DNA of 32,000 nt. It comes from Haloferax volcanii DS2 (lineage in GTDB: Archaea; Halobacteriota; Halobacteria; Halobacteriales; Haloferacaceae). The position numbers and the translations under genes are program-made. The DNA is taken from the NCBI RefSeq assembly GCF_000025685.1, contig NC_013967.1, forward strand, positions 1,680,001 through 1,712,000. Direction: 5' to 3'. This document shows positions 24,636-32,000 of this stretch, piece by piece. Positions within the stretch are counted from its first letter, which is position 1. The number at the start of each line of letters is the position of its first letter. The notes beneath the pieces were generated by a model. That model had not been told where the DNA came from, did no database searches, and worked only from the letters and a program-made list of their open reading frames with translations.

Positions 24636-26036
24636 CAGTACATCACAAAGCCTGTTAGTTGAGACGTCTGCTTGCTGAAGATGTGTCCAAGCAACCACAG
24701 CAAGCAGACGATGAAATCCACGAGGACCAGCTCCTTAACTTCCTCGTCAACTCTCTTGACGAGGAAGTTGCTCTCTCACTCGCTGAAAACGCTGAACTCG
24801 ATGCTGAAGACATCTACGAGGTCCTCGTCGGCGCCTGCGCCGACGGGACCTCGGTCTCAACGCTCTGTGAGAGAAGCGAAGATGCACCCCACGAAAACTC
24901 CGTTCTCTACCATCTCCGCACTAAATTCGATCTAGAAACGCTCGAACAGGTTGGCAACACGCTCCTCCAGAAAGACGTTCTCGACGTCCTTCCCCAGCAG
25001 GTGGAGGTCTGCGCAGACCTCCACCTGCGGCCCTACTATGGTGACGAAGACGACACGGACGGCCTGTATCACTCACAAGCGAAGCGTGGAACCACCGCGT
25101 TCCACGCGTACGCGACGCTGTACGCACGCGTGAAGAACAAACGCTACACGCTGGCGGTGCGCCGTCTCGAAGACGGCGACACCGCCAGCAGTGTCCTCGC
25201 AGAGTTCCTCGGTATTCTCGACGGCCTTGACCTCGGTGTCAAGGCCGTCTATCTTGACCGCGAATTCTACGACAGCAAGTGTTTGACGCTGCTTCAGGCG
25301 CACAACCACGCCTACGTCATGCCGATCGTCCGCTGGGGACGGGCGATCAAGCGAGAACTCTCGGAAGGGTGGAGTCGCGTGATTCAGCACAGTCTGACAG
25401 CGAAACTCGACGGTCACAGCTGGACCGTCGAGTTTCCCGTCTACATCGACTGTACCTACCAGAACGGACGGTACGACGAACATGGGGTGGCGCGTCACGG
25501 CTACGCCGCTGACGCGCCGTTCATCGACTCACCACGAGACGCTCGATACCACTACGCGAAACGCTTCGGTATCGAGGCGAGCTACCGACTCTCTGAACAA
25601 AGTATCGCGACGACCTCGACACAAAATCCGGTTGTACGGCTGCTGTACGTCGTGGTGAGCTTGCTGTTACAGAACGTGTGGCGGTATCTGCACTGGGAGT
25701 ACGTGGCGACGCCCCGCCGAGGCGGGCGTCGCCTCTGGCAGTGGCCATTCAAGGAGTTCATCAACATGATCCGACGGGCAGCGTGGACGGCCCTCGCGAC
25801 GCGTCGGGCCGTCCCCGCGAACCGGCCACCGGACGACCGGTTCCACCGGTAACTCCCGACCGGGCTAGCCAACGGTGGGAGTGGCGACGCTGTCGCGTCG
25901 GCGGCAGCCGCCGCCGACAGCGACGGCTCTCCGCCGATCCGTCCATGATTCTCTCGTCGAAACCGCCAGTCCAACCGCTCCGCCACAGAACTCAGGCTTC
26001 AGAAACAGCTAGCCGAGGACGCTTTGTGAGGTACTG
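24636..26036 (+). mobile_element. ISH3-family insertion sequence, copy B (1401 bp, intact transposase)
   Basis: IRs are cagtacAtcacaaagc (24636-24651) and gctttgtgAggtactg (26021-26036). The flanking pentamers atact and atatt match at only 4/5 positions. Confidence 0.85.
24683..25852 (+). CDS. ISH3 family transposase
   Basis: A single ORF: ...EIHEDQLLNFLVNSLDEEV...LHLRPYYGDEDDTDGLYHSQAKRGTTAFHAYATLYARVKNKRYTLAVRRLEDGD...YAKRFGIEASYRL. There is no in-frame ATG, so the likely start is GTG 24683 (MSKQPQQ...) or TTG 24659 (track). Confidence 0.85.
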   Translation: MSKQPQQADDEIHEDQLLNFLVNSLDEEVALSLAENAELDAEDIYEVLVGACADGTSVSTLCERSEDAPHENSVLYHLRTKFDLETLEQVGNTLLQKDVLDVLPQQVEVCADLHLRPYYGDEDDTDGLYHSQAKRGTTAFHAYATLYARVKNKRYTLAVRRLEDGDTASSVLAEFLGILDGLDLGVKAVYLDREFYDSKCLTLLQAHNHAYVMPIVRWGRAIKRELSEGWSRVIQHSLTAKLDGHSWTVEFPVYIDCTYQNGRYDEHGVARHGYAADAPFIDSPRDARYHYAKRFGIEASYRLSEQSIATTSTQNPVVRLLYVVVSLLLQNVWRYLHWEYVATPRRGGRRLWQWPFKEFINMIRRAAWTALATRRAVPANRPPDDRFHR

Positions 26037-26124
26037 ATATTATGGGGGACGTGAACGGGGTACAAAGCAGGAGGGGGCAGCGAAAATAAACGCTTATCAG
26101 TATCCCCACTTAAAGAAAATTCGA

Positions 26125-26198
<74 letters not shown>

Positions 26199-26288
26199 TT
26201 TCTACTCCGAACAACCGTGAGGAGTGAAACGGCTTCGAGAGATTGAACCCGACCAGTCGCGCACAGCGAAGCGAGCACGTCTGGGCCC

Positions 26289-26315
26289 GGTTCAAGTCCC
26301 TCCCAGCCCGTTTCT
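26289..26315 (+). repeat. second copy of the tRNA-Lys 3' end (att-like remnant)
   Basis: ggttcaagtccctcccagcccgtttct is identical to 26177-26203 (27/27) in direct orientation, 85 bp downstream of the tRNA. The upstream part cannot fold as a tRNA. Confidence 0.75.
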
Positions 26316-26584
26316 GCGACGAAGTACGTGCGGAGTGACACGGCTTTCTGATTCCTACGTCTCCGAGTGATAGCTTCATCAAGCCGTGTTGCACATTGCG
26401 TTGGCTACTTCCACTCCGTGGCTGTCGCTCTCGTCAAACTGGCACTTGTGAGAGTATCTTTCTATAAGGAGAGAACCCCGCCGCTTAGGGCGGGAGTGAA
26501 TCCGACACTTCCCACGCAATCACCGTCGATTGCAGGCGGGATATGCAACGACAGGTCGGCTGACCCCGGCCTGCGATTTTTCGG

Positions 26585-28384
26585 TTATTCGAGGTCGAGG
26601 AGCATCGCGGCCTCGTCGAGGAATTCGGCGTAGACCGACATCGCGTCCTCGATGGGTTCGGGTTCGGTCATATCGACGCCGGCGGTTCGGAGCACGTCGA
26701 GGGGGTACTCGCTGCCGCCGAGCGCGAGCGCCTCGCGGTAGTCCGCCGCGGCAGACTCGCCTTCCTCGCGGATGCGCTCGACGATGGCCGCCGCCGCGGA
26801 GATGCCCGTCGCGTACTGGTAGACGTAGTAGTCGTAGTAGAAGTGCGGAATCCGCTCCCACTCGCGGGCGATGCGGTCGTCGGTCGCCGCGGGCTCGTAG
26901 TACGTCTCCTTCAGGTCGCCGTACAGCTCGTCGAAGCGGTCGGGCGTGAGCGCGCCGTCGTTCTCGATTATCTCGTGAATCTGGAGTTCGAAATCCGCGA
27001 ACATCGTCTGGCGGAACAGCGTCGAGCGGAACCGTTCGAGGTACTCGTCGAGGACGTGCATCCGGAGTTCGTCGTCGTCGACGTTCTCCAAGAGGTACTC
27101 GGTCAGGAGCGTCTCGTTGACCGTGGAGGCGACCTCGGCGGTGAAAATCTCGTAGCTCGCGTCGTGCCACGGCTGGGCGTCGTTGGCGAGTTCGGAGTGC
27201 ATCGAGTGGCCCAGTTCGTGGGCGAGCGTGAACATCGACGCCGAGTCGTCCTGGTAGTTCATCATGATGAACGGCTGGGTGTCGTAGGTGCCCGCGGAGT
27301 ACGCCCCGGAGCGCTTGCCGCGGTTCTCGTACACGTCGACCCAGCGGTCGTCGAGGCCCTCGGCCATCCGCTCCTGATAGGCCTCGCCGAGCGGTTCGAC
27401 GGCTTCGACGATGTACTCTTTCGCCTGCTCGTACGGAATCTCGGGGCCGTGGTCGCCGGTGAGCGACACGTACAGGTCCCACATCCGGAGTTCGTCCGCG
27501 CCGATGGCCTCGCGCTTCAACTCGGCGTGGCGGTGGAGGTGCCCGAGGTTGTCGCGGACGGTGTCGAGCAGGTTGTCGTACACCTCGACCGGGACGTTGG
27601 GGCCGTCGAGGGCGGCCTCGCGGGCGGTCTCGTAATCGCGGATGCGCGCGGTCTTCACGTCCTTCTTGACGCTGTTTTTCAGCGAGGTGCCGACGGCGTT
27701 GCGAACGTCGGCCCAGCGGTCGTAGAACTCCTCGTGGACGGTCCGGCGGAACTCGCGGTCGGGGTGCTTCTGGAGCTTCGTGAAGTTGCCCTGCGTGATT
27801 TCGACCGACGTCCCGTCGGGCTTTTCGACGGTCGGGAACTCGAGGTCGGCGTTGGCCAGCATGGAGTAGATGTCGCTGGACGCGCCGGTCACCTCCGAGA
27901 GGTCGGCGAGAACCTCTTCGACCTCCGCGGAGCGGGTGTGTTCTTTCGTCCGGAGCACGTCGTCGAAGTAGTGCTCGTAGGCGTCGAGTTCGGGCTCCTT
28001 TTCGACGAACTCGGCGACGCCGTCGCGGCCGAGTTCCTGCAGTTCGGGGTCGAGGTAGCTGACCGCGCTACGGGCCTTCGACGCCAGCGCCTCGGCGCGA
28101 CCGGCCTGCGCCTGGTACTCCTGGTTCCGGGTGTCTTGGCTGCTGCGGAGGTTCGCGTAGGAGACGACCATCGACACCTCGCGGAGCACCGACTCCATCG
28201 TCTCGAAGAGTTCGAGGAGCGTCTCGGGGTCCTCGGTGGCGCGGCCCTCGTAGCTCGCCAGTTCGGGAACGCGCTCTGCGACGTCCTCGTACGCCGCCTC
28301 CCACTCCTCGTCGGAGGCGTAGATGCTGTCGAGGTCCCACTTGTACTCCTCGTCGATGTCGCTCCGCTCGGGAACCGAACTCAT
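26585..28384 (-). CDS. pepF: oligoendopeptidase F (M3B family)
   Basis: 599 aa with a clean ATG. The zinc motif HELGHSMH (HExxH) is present, with surrounding M3B-type sequence (FTLAHELGHSMHSELAN..., YYVYQYATGISAA). Confidence 0.9.
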   Translation of the reverse strand: MSSVPERSDIDEEYKWDLDSIYASDEEWEAAYEDVAERVPELASYEGRATEDPETLLELFETMESVLREVSMVVSYANLRSSQDTRNQEYQAQAGRAEALASKARSAVSYLDPELQELGRDGVAEFVEKEPELDAYEHYFDDVLRTKEHTRSAEVEEVLADLSEVTGASSDIYSMLANADLEFPTVEKPDGTSVEITQGNFTKLQKHPDREFRRTVHEEFYDRWADVRNAVGTSLKNSVKKDVKTARIRDYETAREAALDGPNVPVEVYDNLLDTVRDNLGHLHRHAELKREAIGADELRMWDLYVSLTGDHGPEIPYEQAKEYIVEAVEPLGEAYQERMAEGLDDRWVDVYENRGKRSGAYSAGTYDTQPFIMMNYQDDSASMFTLAHELGHSMHSELANDAQPWHDASYEIFTAEVASTVNETLLTEYLLENVDDDELRMHVLDEYLERFRSTLFRQTMFADFELQIHEIIENDGALTPDRFDELYGDLKETYYEPAATDDRIAREWERIPHFYYDYYVYQYATGISAAAAIVERIREEGESAAADYREALALGGSEYPLDVLRTAGVDMTEPEPIEDAMSVYAEFLDEAAMLLDLE

Positions 28385-28466
28385 GTCGGGTACTGTGACG
28401 CGCGCGGCTGGTAAGCCTTATCAATCGACCGGCGAAGCGGGGACGAGGAGGGCGGCCGCGTCGCGG

Positions 28467-28622
28467 TTAGTGTCGGGTCGCTCTCGCTTCTCGGACCTGC
28501 GAACCGTCCCGGACTAAGTCCTCACAGTGCGGACAGACGCGGGGGGCGTCCATGCCCTCCGGGGCGAACACCCTGACGTAACCTTCCGTGACGAAAGAAT
28601 TGCAGTTCTGACATGTAGGCAT
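28467..28622 (-). CDS. small zinc-ribbon protein (CxxC-x22-CxxC)
   Basis: ATG at 28622 (MPTCQNCNSFVTEGYVRVFAPEGMDAPRVCPHCEDLVRDGSQVREARATRH) inside track ORF 28467..28736. Confidence 0.65.
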   Translation of the reverse strand: MPTCQNCNSFVTEGYVRVFAPEGMDAPRVCPHCEDLVRDGSQVREARATRH

Positions 28623-28768
28623 GGCGGTCGTGCGTACCACGTCAACTGAGTTAGATGTTGTGGGCGATTTTCGGCATCCGACACCGACCCCGACCGCGGC
28701 AGGTCGCCCGAGTCGACGCGGCCCCCGGCGGCGCAAACCACTTTGACCGGCGGGCGTGTGGAACTGCC

Positions 28769-30103
28769 ATGGACGACCTCTCTCCCGCGGTCCGCGAGGC
28801 GTTCGCTCGGACGTGGGTCGACGACCGCCCGTGGGCGTTCCTCACCGACTTGACCGCCATCGGCGACCGGATGGCCGGCGGGCCGGGCGACCGACGCGCG
28901 AGCACGCTCGTCGCCGACGCCTTCACCGACGCGGGCGTCCGGCGCGTCGAGTTCGACCCCTTCGAGATGGCGCGCTGGACCCGCGGCGACACGACGCTCG
29001 ACCTCACCGCACCCGACGAACGGCGCTTCGAGGCCGTCGCGCTTCCGTACGCTCCCCCGGCGACCGTCTCCGGTCCCCTCGTCGATGTCGGCTACGGCAC
29101 GCCGAGCGAAATCGACGCCGCCGACGTGGACGGCGCGCTCGTCGTCGCCAGCACGACCACCCCCGCCGGCGGCCGGTTCGTCCACCGGATGGAGAAGTTC
29201 AACTACGCAATCGGCGCCGGCGCGGTCGGCTTCGTCTTCGTCAACCACGTCCCCGGCCAACTCCCGCCGACCGGGGCGCTCCGCTACGACGAGGAGGCCG
29301 CCGCCCCCGCGGTCGGCGTGAGCGCCGAAACCGGGTCGTGGCTGACCGACTACGCGGCCCGCGGCGGCGAAGCGACCCTCGCGGTCGGCGCCGAGACGAC
29401 GCCCGGCGAGAGCCGGAACGTCGAGGGTCGCGTCGGCCCCGACACCGACCGCGAACTCCTCCTGTGCGCCCACTTCGACGCCCACGATATCGCTGAAGGC
29501 GCGCTCGATAACGGCTGTGGCATCGCGGTCGTCGTCACCGCGGCGCGACTCCTCGCCGAGATGGACCTCGCTCTCGGCGTACGCGTCGTCGGCGTCGGCG
29601 CGGAGGAACTGGGGCTAACCGGCTCCGAACATCTCGCGGACCGCCTCGACCTCGACCGCGTCGCCGCCGTCGTCAACGTCGACGGCGCGGGTCGGTTCCG
29701 CGACCTCGTCGCCCACAGCCACACCTCGGAGGCGACCGCCGCGGTGGCGACCCGCGTCGGCAACGAGACACGCCACCCGGTCGACATCGAACCCGAACCG
29801 CACCCGTTCAGCGACCAGTGGCCGTTCGTCCGCGCCGGCGTCCCGGCGCTCCAACTCAGGAGCGAAAGCGGCGAGCGCGGCCGCGGCTGGGGCCACACCC
29901 ACGCCGACACCCGCGACAAGGTCGACGACAGAAACGTCCGCGAACACGGGATGCTGACCGCACTTATCGTCCGCGAACTCGCCGCGACCGCCGCCGACGG
30001 GGAGATTCCCCGACTCGACGACGAACTCGCCGCGGCGTTCCGCGACGCCGACTTCGAGACGGGAATGAAGGCGGCGGGCATCTGGCCCGACGGCTGGGAG
30101 TGA
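28769..30103 (+). CDS. M28 family metallopeptidase (aminopeptidase-like)
   Basis: ATG at 28769 (MDDLSPAVREAF...). Metal-ligand regions are LLCAHFDAHDI, GAEELGLTGSEH and HTHADTRDK, with a PA-domain-like middle part. Confidence 0.8.
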   Translation: MDDLSPAVREAFARTWVDDRPWAFLTDLTAIGDRMAGGPGDRRASTLVADAFTDAGVRRVEFDPFEMARWTRGDTTLDLTAPDERRFEAVALPYAPPATVSGPLVDVGYGTPSEIDAADVDGALVVASTTTPAGGRFVHRMEKFNYAIGAGAVGFVFVNHVPGQLPPTGALRYDEEAAAPAVGVSAETGSWLTDYAARGGEATLAVGAETTPGESRNVEGRVGPDTDRELLLCAHFDAHDIAEGALDNGCGIAVVVTAARLLAEMDLALGVRVVGVGAEELGLTGSEHLADRLDLDRVAAVVNVDGAGRFRDLVAHSHTSEATAAVATRVGNETRHPVDIEPEPHPFSDQWPFVRAGVPALQLRSESGERGRGWGHTHADTRDKVDDRNVREHGMLTALIVRELAATAADGEIPRLDDELAAAFRDADFETGMKAAGIWPDGWE

Positions 30104-30112
30104 GTCCGGCGG

Positions 30113-30439
30113 TCAGTCGCGCGCGGGCGACTCGGTGTCGTCTCCTCTGTCGCCGCCCGAGTCGCGCCCCTCGCCGCCGTCGTCGCCGTCGCTGACTTCG
30201 ACCGTTAGCTCCGCCGCTTCGAGCGCGCGTTCGGTCGCGGCCTCGACGACCATTCCGGCCCCGATGACGACGTAGAACATCCCGTAGACGAACGTCGGCA
30301 CGGCCACGAGGAGATAGAGTGCGAGGCCGGCGATACCCGTCGTGCCGGCGAGAAAGCCGCCGACGGCGTTGCCGACGCCGATGATAAACAGGCCGAAGAC
30401 GATGCGGAGGGTGGCGTCCCACGCGGCGGACCGATCCAT
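30113..30439 (-). CDS. small membrane protein with an acidic C-terminal tail
   Basis: ATG at 30439 (MDRSAAWDATLRIVFGLFIIGVGNAVGGFLAGTTGIAGLALYLLVAVPTFVYGMFYVVIGAGMVV...). About three hydrophobic helices. Confidence 0.55.
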   Translation of the reverse strand: MDRSAAWDATLRIVFGLFIIGVGNAVGGFLAGTTGIAGLALYLLVAVPTFVYGMFYVVIGAGMVVEAATERALEAAELTVEVSDGDDGGEGRDSGGDRGDDTESPARD

Positions 30440-30558
30440 GCGTGAGCCGACGGCGAGCCGCGTGATGTGTCTACTGGTCGATACGCGGCGCGGGGGCGCG
30501 GTGCGGACCCGCGGTGAAGGTCGCGGGGTCGCGGGAGTCGCGGGGGTTCTCCCGCGCG

Positions 30559-31206
30559 TCAGCACACCGCGAGCAGTTCGTCGAGCGAGTCGAGTTCGTA
30601 GGTCGGCTCGGCGGCCAACTGGTAGCCATCGCGGTGCGGTCGGCGGATGAACGCCGAGTCGATGCCGGCGCGGTCGGCCGCGACCACGTCGACGTTGCTG
30701 TCACCGACGTAGAGCGCCGAATCGACGCCGAGTTCGCCCATGGCGCGCTCGATGTAGTGCGGGTCCGGCTTCTTCACCCGCGCGCCCTCGACGGTCGGGT
30801 CGCGGCCGTAGGCCACCTCGAAGCGGTCACCGATGTCGAACACGTCCAGAATGTGCTCGATGGTCGCGTGCTGGTTGTTGCTCACGACCGCCAGCGGGTG
30901 GTCGATGTCGTCGAGGGCGGCCACGTCGTCGTACAGCGGTTTCGTCCCGTTTTCCAGACACGCCCGCTGGGTCGCCGCGGCGTGGGTCTCGTGGTGCGAC
31001 CAAAAGTCGTCGACCGGCACGTCGTGGACCGCGCAGATGCGGCGCAGGCGTGTGAGGCCGCCGTTGATGACGCCGTCGACCGTCTCGGTCGTCGGCTCCA
31101 CGTCGAACTCGTCGAACGCCCGCCTGACCGCCTCCCGCTGGACTTCGAGCAGCGTCGGCTTCGTCAGCACGCCGTCGTTGTCGAAGATGACAGCGTCGTA
31201 GCACAT
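30559..31206 (-). CDS. HAD family hydrolase
   Basis: HAD motif I is present in MCYDAVIFDNDGVLT (DxDGxx). Motif IV-like YVGDSNVDVVAADRAG is also present. Confidence 0.8.
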   Translation of the reverse strand: MCYDAVIFDNDGVLTKPTLLEVQREAVRRAFDEFDVEPTTETVDGVINGGLTRLRRICAVHDVPVDDFWSHHETHAAATQRACLENGTKPLYDDVAALDDIDHPLAVVSNNQHATIEHILDVFDIGDRFEVAYGRDPTVEGARVKKPDPHYIERAMGELGVDSALYVGDSNVDVVAADRAGIDSAFIRRPHRDGYQLAAEPTYELDSLDELLAVC

Positions 31207-31293
31207 GGTCGAATCGTTCGGCCTCGACCGACGATAACGTTGCTATGTGCGACCCCAACCGCTCCGGAGGGCTATTGACCCCTCACGCGTCGG

Positions 31294-32000
31294 TCAACCG
31301 CGGTCTTCGCCGTCGCCGACGCGTCTGGCATCGCCCGCCCGCTCGACTCCCTCGCGGATGCGCGAGCCGACGCGCCAGCCGATACGGTCCGCCAGCGCCC
31401 GCTCTTCGAACGCCGCCGCGGCGCTCTCGGCGGCCATCGCGTCCACGTCGAACTCGACTTCCGGGTAGTCGACCGCCGTGAGAAGCAGGGGCGTCGGCGG
31501 CGCGGGTGCGATGCCCTCGGGGCCGTCGAGGTGGTCGGGACCGAGCGCATCGTCCACCTTCGAAAGTGGGGCCGCGTCCGACCCGACGGCGCGGACGAGC
31601 GAGACGAGTCGGCGGACGAGTTCGCGGGCGAAGCCGCCGGCCTCGACGCGCACGAGGAGGAAGTCGCCGTCGCGGGTCAGGCCGCCGTCGATGGCGCGGA
31701 CCGTTCCGTGGTCGTCGGGCGTGAGGTTGCGGAAGTCGTGGTCGCCGCGGCAGGCGTCGAAGGCGGCTTTCGCCCGGTCGTCGTCGAACCCCTCCGTCGG
31801 CGCGTGGAGGTCGTAAACGTACTCGCGGCGGGTCGGCCAGTGCCGGGCGTGGAAGTCGTCGGGGGCGTCGGCGTCGGCCCACGCTCGGACCGTCCCCGGT
31901 AGCTCCGAGTTCAGCGCCCGCGGCGTACACCAGTCGGGACACTCGAATGCGACGGTCTGGGCGAGCGCGGAGACGCCGGCGTCGGTCCGCCCGGCGGCGG
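31294..32000 (-). CDS. truA: tRNA pseudouridine synthase A, C-terminal part (5' end outside the window)
   Basis: The minus-strand frame is open from the window edge. It reads ...GRTDAGVSALAQTVAFE... (the TruA catalytic-Asp motif), then ...FRNLTPDDHGTVRAI...LLVRVEAGGFARELVRRLV. Track ORF 31294..31653 is only its distal part (first GTG). Confidence 0.8.
   Translation of the reverse strand, partial: AAGRTDAGVSALAQTVAFECPDWCTPRALNSELPGTVRAWADADAPDDFHARHWPTRREYVYDLHAPTEGFDDDRAKAAFDACRGDHDFRNLTPDDHGTVRAIDGGLTRDGDFLLVRVEAGGFARELVRRLVSLVRAVGSDAAPLSKVDDALGPDHLDGPEGIAPAPPTPLLLTAVDYPEVEFDVDAMAAESAAAAFEERALADRIGWRVGSRIREGVERAGDARRVGDGEDRG

Overview
The window looks like haloarchaeal (class Halobacteria) chromosome. 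It has very high G+C, acidic predicted proteins, ISH-type insertion sequences and mostly leaderless-style gene starts. There are three blocks.

(1) 1-12.9 kb is ordinary core genome: pyrC 3' part, a three-gene usp cluster with a GNAT acetyltransferase, a RecJ-like DHH phosphoesterase, rps6e, an M29 aminopeptidase, 6-phosphogluconate dehydrogenase, a 2Fe-2S ferredoxin, a MATE transporter and tRNA-Arg(CCG).

(2) About 12.9-26.4 kb is a visibly lower-G+C accessory region lying between tRNA-Arg(CCG) and tRNA-Lys(UUU).
- It holds a roughly 7.9 kb integrative element bounded by a 31-bp direct repeat of the tRNA-Arg 3' end.
- The element's cargo is a tyrosine integrase, an RHH regulator, a serine recombinase split by an IS4-family IS, and a GmrSD-like DUF262/DUF1524 type IV restriction gene split by an ISH3-family IS.
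- Next comes a translationally coupled three-gene operon of unknown function (Zn-ribbon, 31-aa Zn-ribbon micro-ORF, 543-aa protein with a winged-helix-like segment). I consider this the best candidate for an undescribed system.
- After it are a Doc/Fic-type toxin with no canonical antitoxin, a second (intact) ISH3 copy, and a duplicated tRNA-Lys 3' end.

(3) 26.5-32 kb is core genome again: pepF, a small Zn-ribbon protein, an M28 peptidase, a HAD hydrolase and truA (partial).

All family assignments come from motifs read in the translations and from memory; no database search was possible. Most other long ORFs in the track are antisense or alternate-frame artefacts of the high G+C content.
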